Positions 37,413 to 50,207 are shown, numbered from the stretch's first letter. The stretch is DNA of 64,000 nucleotides from Eledone cirrhosa (GCA_964016885.1 OZ024742.1:359724001-359788000); one strand, 5' to 3'. A program made the numbers and translations. The notes: generated by a model not told the origin, from the letters alone.

Positions 37413-38255
37413 AATTAGAATTGGAGCTCTGAAATAGCCATATATATATGAATGTATATATAGTGTATTTTGCAATACACTTTATGCTTAATTAAAAGCA
37501 TTTTGAAGACCGTATGCTATTGTTTTAGAGTAGTGACAGACTCACTTACTTTAATTTCAGCAAACAGGGGGAGATAAAGCTGACAAGGCCTTGTTTCTGC
37601 ATTTATTGATGCTTATCAAAGCCAACTACTCCCTCCCGTCCGCTGAAATTACGGATGTTATATTCTCATAGAATTCTAGTAAATAATCAGGGACTGATTA
37701 TACAGAGCGGTTGCCGGTCAAGCAGAAATTAAAAATTAGAATTGGTGCTCTGAAATAGCCATATATATACACTTTATGCTTAATTAAAAGCATTTTGAAG
37801 ACCGTATGCTATTGTTTTAGAGTAGTGACTTTAATTTCAGCAAACAGGGGGAGATAAATCTGACAAGGCCTTGTTTCTGCGTTTATTGATGCTTATCAAA
37901 GCTAACTACTCCATCCCGTCCCCAGAGCTCCAATTCTTATTTTTAATTTCTACTTGACCGGCAACCGCTCTGTATAATCAGTCCCTGATTATTTACTAGA
38001 ATTCTATAAGAATATAACATCCGTAATTTCAGCGGACGGGAGGGAGTAGTTGGCTTTGATAAGCATCAATAAATGCAGAAACAAGGCCTTGTCAGCTTTA
38101 TCTCCCCCTGTTTGCTGAAATTAAAGTGAGTCTGTCACTACTCTAAAACAATAGCATACGGTCTTCAAAATGCTTTTAATTAAGCATAAAGTGTATTGCA
38201 AAATACGCTATATATACATTCATATATATATGGGTATTTCAGAGCTCCAATTCTA
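37413..38255. mobile_element. Retrozyme-like ~321-bp unit, subfamily 2: tandem plus inverted copies
   Basis: Period 37415 to 37736; orientation flips at ~37922; HHRs at 37578-37623 (-), 37858-37903 (-), 38052-38097 (+). Confidence 0.8.
38052..38097 (+). ncRNA. Type I HHR, U3:A8 variant, GUC triplet
   Basis: GGCT TTGATAA GCAT-caataa-ATGC a GAAA CAAGGCCTTG TC AGCT. Confidence 0.82.
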
Positions 38256-38364
38256 AAATAAATATATATATATGAAACCGGGATAAACACTAGCCAAATG
38301 AGCCTTCTGGCTTAAGACAGGCTTTAGACTTTATAGATATAGATATATATATCATATATATATG

Positions 38365-38400
<36 letters not shown>

Positions 38401-38872
38401 AAGAATGACAAGTAGACATCATAAAAAGGTAATTTATTCCAAGTGCTTACAAATGTTTCTATAGTAGTTACACAGCCTAGTCATGCTATGTGCAAATTGG
38501 TAGTTATTTATTTGCAGATATTCAATTTTCAAATGCTGTTCATCCTACCAAGTCTTCAGAGTGAATAGCTAAATTGTAAATTCCCTTGAATTTCTTAAAG
38601 GGGGTTATTGGGAAGATAGAGTAGAAAAGGAAGAGAGAAAGAAGGGGAGGGGGAGAGAGAGAGAGATGTAGGGGTCGGAGAAATGGGAGAGAGTGGTTTT
38701 AAGAATACAGATAGCTTAATCTAAATGTTGTGATAGGGGTCCAATAAGTGGTTTTATTATACTGCTTACTCTCAAAGTGACAGCTTAGGCATTGTGTTGA
38801 TATTGTCAAGTTTGGAATGATTTATTACCACAGAGAGCAGGTTAATAGATGTGGAGAAGAAGGGAGATAGAC

Positions 38873-38923
<51 letters not shown>

Positions 38924-40486
38924 AATGGGGAGAGAGAACGAGAAAGAGAGAGAGAAGGGGACAGAAAAAAGCTAAGAGAAGGGGAAGGAAAGGCGATATA
39001 CACCGAGTTCGTAATTGTAGTTTGCTGATCGCACTTAAGTATCCATTTATTACGATAAGCAAGGTACTGGCTTGTAGTGTGGGTGGGGGGGATATAGTTA
39101 GGAAGTATTATTGAGTGAAATTAGTTAGCGAGAAAGTGATGTAGTAGTCTCGTGTTCATATTATGTTAAGTTACTTTTATAGTGAGAAAATTTAGCCTTC
39201 AGTTTGAGGTTGCAGTATAACGATCGTTCGATTCTGTCATTAGTTGTTTTTAGATTTTAAGATATAAAAAAGTTCAAGGTCGCATAATCTGCAGTACTTC
39301 AATCCACTCCGATATGCACTAGCGCTGGATAATTTATCCCATTTTAGGTTGAACTGCCGGTTGTATTCACGGAGTTGCCAGGTCTTATTAGCGAGCGTGG
39401 TTACATAACGGTGTTCAAGATGTTTAATCGAAAATCGATGACGATACCAGCGTGATTTAAAGGACGTAGTGGTAGACCCGACGTAATACAATTTCTGGTC
39501 GTTTGATTCGACAGTGCATTGATAAACAATGTTGGACTCTAGGCATTTATTCTTCAATGGGCATCTCTCATGTAGGTGGCAGTTGCAGCTTTTGTTATGG
39601 GTAACAGCTGTACCTTGGATAGGTTGGGATAACAGTTCAGGTGGGTTGTGTAATACTTGTCTCCCATTTGGTGGTTGGGAGGTTGATATTACGTTATGCT
39701 CATCAGATTCTAAAATATTTTGTGTTGTTTAATAATTGCTTTAAGTTAAGTTTTTTTATGTATGCTTCTAGGTTTGGTGCAGTGGAGTATGATAGCTTAA
39801 CAGTCTTAGAGTTTAGAATTTTACTGTATTTATGGGAATTAGGGAAAAGCTTGTTAATTCACTTAAAGAATGAAAGAGATAGTTTCGTACTAATCGAAGC
39901 ATTAAAAATGGGATTATACCAGATATACTTTCTACAACGTACTTTATTTGAGTTTGGTGATGATTTTCTATTATTAGTATGTCTGGTGGTACTGTGTGTG
40001 TGCGCTTGTATTTCTGTAAAACAGGTTTCATATTCTTCGATTTCGTGTGTTGCTATGTGTGCTCTGGTGATTCTTATCAATGTATTCTACTTTATCCCGG
40101 TGGTCAGCATTCCTTAATGCGTTATTATAGTATTCTTCATGTTCCCTGAAAATCTGAGAGTTAGACGATAGGCGAGAGATTCTGAGAGAAATACTACGAG
40201 GAACCGATTTGATCATGGAAAGTGGGTGATTCGAATTAAAATTAATATAGGTAAGGTTCTCATTTATTTTATGGAAGGGTCGTATCAGTCCTGTATTCAA
40301 ATTAAGAGTTACGTCTAGAAAATTCACTTCTTTAAGATTGTATTCGTACGTTATTTTCAGACCCAGTTCGCTAAAAGATTTCCAAAATGTTTTGCCGTAG
40401 CCTTTCAAGATTTTGGTTATTTAAGTTATTAGAGACGACGCGCTTCTATTAGTTAATAACTTAAATAACCAAAATCTTAAAAGGCG
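38401..40486 (-). mobile_element. 5'-truncated, frameshifted PLE (family B, WFN-type) ending in a fold-back
   Basis: VNFLDVTLNL..YIN..SNHP..SISLRISRLSSN; KYIWYNP; CLESNIVYQC..YYVGST..FKSRW..H; CRLCDLE; hairpin 40400-40486. Confidence 0.88.
38436..38566 (-). ncRNA. Candidate HHR with large branched stem II
   Basis: CT CTGAAGA c TTGGTAG..CTACCAA..hairpin.. GAAA CatttG TA AG; weak stem I. Confidence 0.4.
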
Positions 40487-41275
40487 GTGGTGGTGGTGGT
40501 GGTGGTGGTGGTGGTGGTGGTAGTGGTGATGGTGGTGGTGGTGGTGGTGGTGGTAGTTGCGGTGTTGATGGTGGTGGTGCTGGTGGTGGTGGTTGTGGTG
40601 GTGGTGGTGGTGATGGTGATGGTGGTGGTGTGGTTGTGGCGGTGGTGGTGGTGGTGGTGTTTGTGGTGTTGGTGGTGGTGGTGGTGTGGTGTGGTGGTGG
40701 TGTGGTTGTAGTGGTGGTGGTGGTTCTGGTGCTGGTGCTGGAGGTGGTGCTGGTGGTGGTGCTGGTGGTGGTGGTGCTGGTGTTGATGGTGGTGGTGCTG
40801 GTGCTGGTGGTTGTGGTGGTGGTGGTGTGGTTGTGGCGGTGATGATGGTGGTGGTGGTGGTGTTGGTGGTGTTGGTGGAGGTGTGGTGTGGTGGTGGTGT
40901 GGTTGTAGTGGTGGTGGTGCTGGTGCTGGTGCTGGTGCTGGTGTGGTTGTGGTGGTGGTAGTGGTGGTGGTGGTGGTGGTGGTGGTGGTGGTGGTGGTGG
41001 TGGTGGTGGTGGTGGGTGTGATGATGGTGGTGGTGGTTGTGGTGGTGGTGGTAGTGGTGGTGGTTGTGATGATGGTGGTGATGGTGATGGTGATGGTGAT
41101 GGTGGTGATGACTATAGTGGTGATGGTGGTGGTGATGGTAATGGTGTTGATCAGGGTGGTGATGGTGACGGTGATGGTGATGGTGGGGTGATGGTGGTGG
41201 TTATGATGATGATAGTGATGATAGTGGTGGTGAAGTCTGGTGGTAATTACTATGCTGGTGGTGGTGGTGGTGAGG
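40485..41275. repeat. Degenerate (GGT)n trinucleotide array
   Basis: Direct reading. Confidence 0.95.
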
Positions 41276-41487
41276 TGTCGCGGCAATATAACGGACAATA
41301 TATAATTAAACATTAAATGCATTTTTTTCACAATTCGTGTTTCCGTCTCAGTGTCATGGAATTACTGTTGTATGGTTAACAATATATTGTAGATGGCTTG
41401 TCAGGCATTGATTGCAACATTAACATGGAAGTACGCCTGAGTGGCAAACCACACTCAGTAAAAATGGTCGACGTAGCATATAGCAGA

Positions 41488-41620
41488 TAGAGATTTAGAG
41501 AGAGTTATAGAGAGTTAGGGAGAGTTAGAGAGGGTTAGAGAGAGTTAGGGAGAGGTATAGAGAGTTAGAGAGAGTTAGAGAGAGTTAAAGAGAGTTGGAG
41601 AGTGTTAGAGAGTTAGAGTT
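41488..41620. repeat. 10-bp tandem repeat (AGAGAGTTAG)n
   Basis: About 12 degenerate units. Confidence 0.85.
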
Positions 41621-41874
41621 GTTAGTATCACATGACCGAAAGAGCAAGCAACATAAATATTGTTAGTATGTGTCAATTTTTTTCAAATAATTGATGAATG
41701 AAGCAAATATGTATGTGTATATGTATGTATGTTTGTATGTTTGTATGTATGTGTATATGTATGTATGTTTGAATGTATGTGTATATGTATGTATGTATGT
41801 GTGTATGTATGTATGTATGTATGTATGTATGTATGTGTGTATGTATGTATGTATGTATGTATGTATGTATGTGT

Positions 41875-42345
41875 ATTATCTCTTTCTCTTAATTTCGACT
41901 ATATTTTTTTGACCGGCCACCTTCCTGGTGGCAAGGTTGTAAAAGAAAAGAAATTGTCATCCCATGAATCGCAAGAATGTTTTGAAAATTTTGAAGGTGC
42001 CAGCTATCGCAGCCATTTGTAGACTATGAATTAGGGAGCTGCGCTTTTTGTCCGCAAATCCAAGTTCAGTCATACTTTGGTCCAAGCGGGTTGGTATATA
42101 ACCCGTAGCTCCAATAATGATGGGTATGTTGCTAAAGGTGTATCTTGGATACTGGATTTGTAAACTCCTCATCAATGGTCCGTAGATGTCCTCCTTCTGT
42201 ATTTTTCTGACAACGTTTACATCAAGTGGGCAGCTGATCTCCACAACAGAACACGTTTTCAATGTGTTGTCCCAAACAACAATATCAGGCCGGTTGTGCT
42301 TTAATTTGGTGGCAGTTTTTATTTTCAGGTTCCACCAGTATTCCT
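41875..42345 (-). pseudogene. 3' end of an RLE-type non-LTR retrotransposon embedded in (TATG)n
   Basis: WNLKIKT..KHNRPDIVVWD..KTCSVVEISCPLD..K...Y..L..IPIIIGATG..LQ....GT. Confidence 0.8.
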
Positions 42346-42690
42346 ATGTGTGTATGTATGTGTATATGTATGTATGTTTGTATGTATGTGTGTATGTATG
42401 TATGTATGTGTGTATGTCAGGTCACCAGTTGGTGCTACTGGTAACATGTATCCCAGTACAACCTGTCTCATGGTCGGGTCATTGGCGACTAAACTGGCAA
42501 CCCCACCAAGGTTTCTTGGTGAGGAGGGTGATTTTGGACATCCTGCAGGACTAAAAACAAAACCTGTCAAAGGGCAAAGGAGCTCTTAAGAGTCAATGGC
42601 CATCCAAAATCACCGGGAGAGATGACCCCTTAGCCTTTGTCAAGGCAGAATTCTAGGAGAAGGAAAACTCTGATATAACACCTGCAACCC

Positions 42691-43445
42691 TGATGGTATC
42701 CAATGATGTTGACTTGTTCTTCTTTTTGGTAAATATCATCTTGGTTAAGAGAGTGGGACTGGCTTTGTGCAGTGCCTTTGCTCACTATAAAAGCTTCACG
42801 GCACAGGCATTGCTTTATATCTGGAGATCTCTCTGCACTTGTCGTCACATGGTACCATGGGCCCAGCAATATGTGTCAATAATTGTCACAAGTGCAGTGT
42901 TTGTAGCAGAGTTTTCAAGTCGCTGGCTGGACTAAAAAGTCACACTCGTTCAGCGCATCAGTAGGGGTTCTCCTACATGGATATGAAGTAGTGGCCGTAC
43001 TCGAAAACGAGTTGGCAGCCACCATGTGTGTATGTATGTATGTGTGTATGTATGTACGTATGTATGTACGTATGTATGTAAGTATTATGTGTGTATGTAT
43101 GTGTATATGATGGTATCCAATGATGTTGACTTGTTCTTCTTTTTGGTAAATATCATCTTGGTTAAGAGAGTGGGACTGGCTTTGTGCAGTGCCTTTGCTC
43201 ACTATAAAAGCTTCACGGCACAGGCATTGCTTTATATCTGGAGATCTCTCTGCACTTGTCGTCACATGGTACCATGGGCCCAACACTATGTGTCAATAAT
43301 TGTCACAAGTGAAGTGTTTCTACCAGAGTTTTCAAGTCGCTGGCTGGACTAAAAAGTCACATTCGTTCAGCGCATCGGTAGGGGTTCTCCTACATGGATA
43401 TAAAGTAGTGGCCGTACTCGAAAACGAGTTGGCAGCCGCCATGTA
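42691..43445. repeat. ~335-bp direct duplication separated by (TATG)n, probably LINE-derived
   Basis: 42691-43025 = 43108-43443 with few substitutions. Confidence 0.85.
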
Positions 43446-43724
43446 TGTATGTATGTGTGTTCTGGTTTTATAATTTCACAAATGTTTTCCCAATAGAGAG
43501 AGAGTCGGTTTCTAACATAGACACAAGACTCTCTCATTGGAATTTACACAACATCAACTAGGTAGATATGTATGTCTGCATGCATGCATGTGTAGATATG
43601 GATGTTATTGTATGTGTGGATGTGGATGTTTTGAGTTGTATGTGTGCATGTGTATATGCTTTGTATCTGTACATGTGTATATGCAGTTATTAGATGCAAA
43701 TTTTTTGGAATGTTTTACATATTT

Positions 43725-43965
43725 TACTGTATGTATGTATGCATGTATGCATGTATGTATGTATATATGTATATATGTATGTATCTATGTGTGCATGTAT
43801 GTATATATGTATGTATGCGTGCATGTATGTATGTATGTATGTATGTATGTATGTATGTATGTATGTATGTATGTATGTATGTATGTATGTATGTATGTAT
43901 GTATGTGTGTATGTATGTATGTATGTATGTATGTATGTATGTATGGGTGCATGTATGTATGGATA
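43725..43965. repeat. (TATG)n microsatellite
   Basis: Direct reading. Confidence 0.95.
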
Positions 43966-44459
43966 TATACATGAAGCCAAGACTGTTGATGGTGTTGTAG
44001 GACATGCCGTGGTGACATACATCGTATATTGAGCAATTTAAACCTGACAGAGGCCATCTTCTCTGCAGATCTAAACTCCGCCGATTTCTTCCAGAGAAGG
44101 AATGAGAGAGTAACAGAGAGGAAGTACGAAAGAAATGCAGAGGTAACATTGATCCCAGTATAGAACTGGTACACTTTTTATCGACCTCGAACGAATGAAA
44201 AGCAAAGTTGACCTCGGTGTGATATAAATTCAGAACTCCGAAAGCCGGAACGAATACCGTAAATCATTCTCTCCAACGTTGTAAAGACTCTGCCAATTAG
44301 CTGCCTGAAAAAAATATGCTGAACAATAAAAGTATCAAAGACTAACATAATTAAACAACGCCCACGTGTTAATGGTAGAAGAGAAAATAAGATACTTGGA
44401 TGAAATGGGAAGGGAGGGTGGAGTGGAATGTTACCTGGAGAGGATATTTAAAAGTGGAA

Positions 44460-44650
44460 CACTCTTCTTCTGGTTTTGCCCGTACAATCGATCCAGCGAT
44501 CTTTCCTGTGATATTCTAACCCCATGCCCATAGTATCGGAGCTCTGATCTCTCATTTCGGAGAAGTAGCGACTCTACCTGGAGCGAATCTCTGATCTCCG
44601 AACTACGCACTCTATTGGATAACGTTACTCCAAAGACCCTTTGGAGGGAC
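44460..44650 (-). pseudogene. RTE-clade LINE 3' fragment
   Basis: LQRVFGVTLSNRVRSSEIR..LLLR.ERSELRYYGH.VR resembles the RTE ORF C-terminus (R..LRW.GHV.R). Confidence 0.7.
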
Positions 44651-45312
44651 TCCAAGGAATCAAATTCTTTGTTCATGTTGTCTATGATGTCCTCTTCAGT
44701 TCATCCAAACTCTTTTCATGGAAAACAGTACAGACACCAAAATGTCCACTTCGTTGAAAATCACGGATCTTGAAAGAGATTCTGTGCAGCTAGCCAAGGC
44801 AATGGATGAAGGGTGCTCTCGCTGGAGAGAGATGTTCATGTCCTTAACACTAAGGCTGTGTCAAGTAGTAAAGGGATAAGTGACAGCAGATACCACCACC
44901 ACCACCACTACCTTTATGAAGATCATCTCTGTTGCTTAAGGGAAATGGTCGAGGAAAATGCCCCAAAATTGATTTACTAGATTCCTTTCCGAACGTTGAG
45001 ATTCGACGATGACATTTGACCTGGAGAGGCCGCTGAAATGTCCATTAAATATCATTGAATCTTTATTAAGACCAGACATTATCTTTTTTTGGAAAAGATG
45101 GTGGTGGTGGTGTGTCAGAGAAACGGGTGAAGAGTGAGGTGTGTGGCAAAGGAGGTGGTGGTGGTAGTAGTGGCGGGGTGTCAGAGAAATGGATGAAGAG
45201 TGAGGTGTATGACAAAGGAGGTGGTGGGGGGGGGGGGGTCAGAGAAATGGGTGAAGGGTGAGGTGTATGGCAAAGGAGGTGAATTGAACCCTGAGTATTT
45301 TAAGCGTGAGTC

Positions 45313-45532
45313 AAGGCGGTGGATTGACAGAATCGTTGGTGAATCAGAAAGATTTTCTTGTGGGGTTCTTTCTAACTCTTTATGTTCTGAGTTCAAATCC
45401 CGCCGAGGTCCACTTTACTTTTCATCCTTCCAGAATCGATAAAACAAAGTACCAGTGAAACACTGAGTCGATTTAATCGATTTCTCCTTCCCCAAAACAT
45501 TTTTGGCCTTGTGCCTAAATACGAAATCATTA
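45313..45532 (+). mobile_element. Diverged full-length Deu/Nin-domain SINE
   Basis: AAGGCGGTGGATTGACAGAATCG head, B box, core, tail. Confidence 0.8.
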
Positions 45533-45801
45533 TAGAAGTCAGTAGGGTAAGCTGGAGACATCAACATGGTTTTAGTTGACAAGAGGTGACAAAAGGGACT
45601 AGTGAAGTGCTATTTGGACACAGACGTGGTCAACCTCAGCCGGGTCACCTACTGTCGAGGCCCAAATAATAGGCAGGGGCATTGGAACAAGTGAGGGTGG
45701 GGTTGGAGAATCGGAAATGTTTCTAGGTTGTCTCCCTTGATTTTTTAACAACCAGAATTAGTCGTTTAGTTTACATATTGAGACTATTTATTTTACAAGT
45801 G

Positions 45802-45920
45802 AAGGCATGTGGCTGATTGGTTAGAGAACTGGTTTCGCAATCGTGAGGTTGTCAGTTCGATTCCTGAACCAGGCGATGTGTTATGTCCTTGAGCAAGACA
45901 TTTTATTTTACGTTGCTCCT
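45802..45920 (+). mobile_element. tRNA-derived CORE-like SINE head
   Basis: A box TGGCTGATTGG, B box GTTCGATTCC, then TGTCCTTGAGCAAGACA. Confidence 0.7.
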
Positions 45921-47156
45921 TCTACCTGGAGTTGCGACCGATAGAAAGTATTAGCAATATCTTTTCTTTATTAAGACCAGACATTATCTTTGTTTCTTGG
46001 GGGAAGAGAGTTCAGTTAACTGGAGCTAACTGTTGAGATGAGAGAATAGATGGGGAAAGGAAAGAGAGAAAATGCCAGACAGGGAAATAGGTGGAGGGTG
46101 AGGTGTGGAATGTGAACACAGTCGTGTCTTTCATAAAACACATTTCAATGAAAAGCAGTTCCTACTTTTAAAGATGGCGGAGGTTATTTATTTTTATGTT
46201 ATCATAATTATTATTCTGTGTACAAAGTTTGGAAATCAAAATTTGTATCACGGTATGGGTAATCTATTTTGTATTTATCCAATTAAATTTGTGTCAAAAC
46301 CTAAAAGTGTATTCCTGCTAAACACTAAATCCTACATGTAAACTCCCACCAGAATTTATTATACTGATTTATCAATAAATCGGCAAGTTTTTTTAGCCTA
46401 AATATGAACAAGAACCAAAACCGAAGAAAGTAAAGTCTTGAAATGTTATTCATTTTTATAATGAAGAGTTTTCTATAACTATATTATGATCGCAAATATC
46501 ATATCTTTGAACTGAAAGCTACACCATAGCTACGTAAATATAATCACAAATATAATTATCCTATAGGTTTAAATTTAAAATTGCTCGGGCGATAACTATG
46601 AGATTAAAACGTGTAGGAAATTAAAATATTCGTCAATAAATATAAAATATATTAACTATCTCATTATTTCATTGTTTTTCAGATATATTTTTCAAGCTCC
46701 ATGTGTTTACAAATAATACATTTTCTAACTGAACACCACTCCGTAATTACGCAAATATAATTGGATAAATCCAAAATAGATTAACTGTGCAGTTATTTGT
46801 TTGGTTTTATTTTTCAAACTACGTAAGAAAAATAAATTGCCATGAAACACAAAACAAAACATTAGCTTCCATTTTATAATATAATATGTGAATCACAAAC
46901 AAGAATGTATTGAGCAAAGAAGTTTAGCATAGATGTAAAACCGGTTTATTTGTCCGCTATGTGAGCTGGTGAGCTGTAAGATTCAACTTAAAGTACAACG
47001 GTCACTGGGTCAATAAAGTTTGAACCATACATACGTCGTTGAAATATTATATTGAAATTTGTAATAATGTCAACATCTTTGTTGGAAGGAATACATGACC
47101 AGGTTATTTCCCTTGAGTTAAATCTTCTTTTAAAACCATATTGTTAGCTATCATAA

Positions 47157-48120
47157 TCCCGCCGAGGTTAACTTTGCCTTTCATCCTTACGGGGGTCGAT
47201 AAAATAAAGTACCAGTAATACACTGGGTAATTGCTGGCCTTGTGCCTAAAGTAGAAACAATTATATGGAAGGTGATGAATTGGCAGTACCGGAAGAGGGT
47301 CGGACGCCATGCTTTCCAGCATAGTTACGTCCCTTTACGGTCTGAGTTCAAATCCTGTCGAGGTTAACTTTGCCTTTCATCCTTACGGGGTGGATAAAAT
47401 AAAGTACCAGTAATGTACTGGGTAATTGCTGGCATTGTGCCTAAAGTAGAAACAATTATATGGAATGTGTATGACGGTGGATTAGCAGCATTGCTAGAGC
47501 GTCCGACAACCTGCTTCGTGGTATATAGTTACGACCGTTTATATTTTGCGTTCGAGTCCAGCGGGGGTCGATAAAATAAACTACCAGTAACGAACTGAGG
47601 TCGATTTAATCGACTTTCCCCGCCCCAAAAATTGTTGGCCTTGCGTCTAACTCAGAAACTACTATAGGTAATGTGTATGTCATGGGATTGGCAGAATCAA
47701 TAGAGCGTCGGCCAACACGCTTTGCTGTATATAGTTACGGTCCTTTACGTGCAGAGTCCAAATCTAGCAAGGTTAGCTTTGCCATTCACCCTTACGGGAT
47801 CGACAAAATAAAGTACCAGTAACGAACTGAGGTCGATCTAATCGATTTTCCCCCTCTCTCCAAATTGCTGGCCTTGTGCTTATAGTAGAAATCATTAATA
47901 TTATAATATGGGTGGAGGATTGGCAGAATCGGTAGAACGTCGGACAACATGCTTTGCTGCAATTAGTTATGGCTCTTTACGTTTTGAGGTCAAATCCAGC
48001 CGAGGTTAGCTTTAGCTATTATCATTACGGGGTCGATAAAATAAAATACCAGTAACGCACTGGGTTCGATTTAATCGACTTTCCCCTCACCCCAAAATAG
48101 TGCTTAAATCAGACATTATT
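47157..48120 (+). mobile_element. Head-to-tail cluster of ~5 Deu/Nin-domain SINEs
   Basis: Core ..GATAAAATAAAGTACCAGTAA at ~47197, 47393, 47570, 47802, 48035. Confidence 0.85.
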
Positions 48121-48407
48121 ATAGATATTTATATATTACAGTACTCTTGTTGTGTCCAGCTTGTGTACAGAACTAACTATAATGTCCTAGTGAAAGTATA
48201 TTTCCCCTTCACACTAAACACTAATCCTTCACACAAGCAAACTCCCTTCTTCACAAACGCCTCTCATCACAAACAAATCGGGGCCCCAAACACTAGTGTT
48301 CCAGTGCAGAATCTACGATGGAACATGATACAATGTTGCAGCTAAATCAAGACCCATCAAAAGGAGAGCCACAATTATATTAGTGCTTAGATACTCCAAA
48401 GGTCTTC

Positions 48408-48845
48408 ATCCGGCCCTGGTCTTAATCTGGTCAAAACCCTAATCCGACTCTGGTCTTAATCCGCCCTGGCCTTAATCCGGCCCTGGCCTTAATCCGCCCC
48501 TGGCCTTAATCCAACCCTGGCCTTAATCTGGTCCCCGCCTTAATCCAGCCCTGGCCTTAATCTGGTCCTGGCCTTATTCAAGCCTTGGCCTTAATCCAGC
48601 CCTGGCCTTAATCTGGTCCTCGCCTTAATCCAGCCCTGGCCTTAATCTGGTCCTCGCCTTAATCCAGCCCTGGCCTTAATCTGGTCCTGGCCTTAATCCG
48701 GCTGTGGTCTTAATCTCATCCAGCCTTATTCTGGCCTTGGTCTTAATCTTGCCTTAATCCGGCCCTGGTCTTAATCCAGTCCAGCCTTAATCCGGCCCTG
48801 GCCCTAATCCGGCTCTGGCTTTAATCCGGCTCTGATCTTACCCTG
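48408..48845. repeat. Degenerate ~17-bp tandem repeat (CCTGGCCTTAATCCGGC)n
   Basis: CTTAATC recurs every ~16-17 bp, ~25 units. Confidence 0.88.
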
Positions 48846-49048
48846 ATCATTGTCTTAACATCAACCTCTGTTGCTTCATTTTATTCAGTTCTTTCCTAGA
48901 AATCTTCTTTTTCTCTCCTTACTACATAGATATGATTTATAATCTAAATATAAACTTATACATGTGTATGTGTGTACATGTATATATATATCGGACTCCA
49001 CAGCCACCATCGTGCCCACGGCAGACGGGAACTAAAATAAAGATAAGT

Positions 49049-49082
<34 letters not shown>

Positions 49083-49274
49083 AAACATAAATCATCGAGA
49101 TTCGCATTTCGGCCCACGAAATAACGAAAAACAACCTCCGAGATGTGCGGCAAGTGCTCAATGATTCAGATGAACCAGAGCTATAACAAACGTTAAAGGC
49201 CAAACTCACTGAGACGATGGTTAAACAATCATTCGCATAGCCAAAAAAATGATCAAGTAATTCGGGTATTGAAA

Positions 49275-49327
<53 letters not shown>

Positions 49328-49354
49328 TGTTCATGAATAATCGTATTTAATATA

Positions 49355-49392
<38 letters not shown>

Positions 49393-49483
49393 TTTCAATA
49401 CCCGAATTACTTGATCATTTTTTTGGCTATGCGAATGATTGTTTAACCATCGTCTCAGTGAGTTTGGCCTTTAACGTTTGTTA

Positions 49484-50131
49484 CCCCTCCCCTCTTTCTC
49501 CTGCCAGTAGGAGAAAGAGGGGAGGGGTGGAGTAGCCCCAAGTCGGAACGGTAGGTAGAACAATGGGGGGTAGAAATAATACTGAGAGTGAAGAAAAGCA
49601 AATAAGTGTAAAGAAAAACAAATGAGTGTAAAGAAAAAAGTAAAGTAAATTAAATTCTACGACCTAGGTCTCTAGCTATTGTTAGTCTAGAAAAAATAAA
49701 TTTATTTTTCTAGTATTATTTCTACCCCCCATTGTTCTACCTACCGTTCCGACTTCCCCCCCCCCTCCCCTGTATCTTCTTTGACCTCATGCCCAGCTGT
49801 AGCTGGCACTACAAACGCTTGATTGGGGCTACTCCACCCCTCCCCTCTTTCTCCTACTGGCAGGTTTAGCCACCATCTCCCCTACTAATTTGCAACCACA
49901 GAATTACTACTGATTTTTGACAATCACTTTGACCATATATGGAATTACCCCTTGAGAAGATCGGCTATTTAAATACCAGGATAAATTTTCATTTAGTCCA
50001 GAATTAGCCGTCGAAACGGCTTGAGCTCAGCTGTCGGGGTCTTACTGGTTCCTATTACCCACTCTACTACCTCAAGTATTGAGTACTTTGGTGCGTTATG
50101 GTCCACCTGGTTCCTTACCACATTTCCTTCG

Positions 50132-50135
<4 letters not shown>
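49484..50135 (+). mobile_element. pLTR family D with scrambled inverted 5' pieces
   Basis: 49500-49540 and 49541-49583 are reverse complements of ~49822-49864 and ~49712-49754; ends in (TA)n. Confidence 0.75.
49947..50040 (+). ncRNA. Type I HHR, U3:A8 variant, long stem II, GUC triplet
   Basis: ACCCC TTGAGAA GA-t-CGGCTA..TAGCCG-TC GAAA CGGC-ttgagctca-GCTG TC GGGGT; predicted cut after 50035. Confidence 0.82.

Positions 50136-50207
<72 letters not shown>

Noticed and set aside
40477-41331. Thr/His/Pro-rich or Gly/Val-rich mucin-like ORFs
   Set aside because: Products of the (GGT)n array; no domain or splice evidence
45802-45882. tRNA gene
   Set aside because: A and B boxes present but no convincing acceptor stem, and a CORE-like SINE body follows
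46050-47150. Host gene exon in AT-rich unique DNA (also 28150-28960)
   Set aside because: No recognisable protein motif or ORF; a small exon cannot be excluded without RNA-seq
49159-49232. HHR-like CAGATGA ACCA..TGGT TAAAC (similar partial motifs at ~29620-29660 and ~35125-35150)
   Set aside because: Several core positions or whole stems are missing
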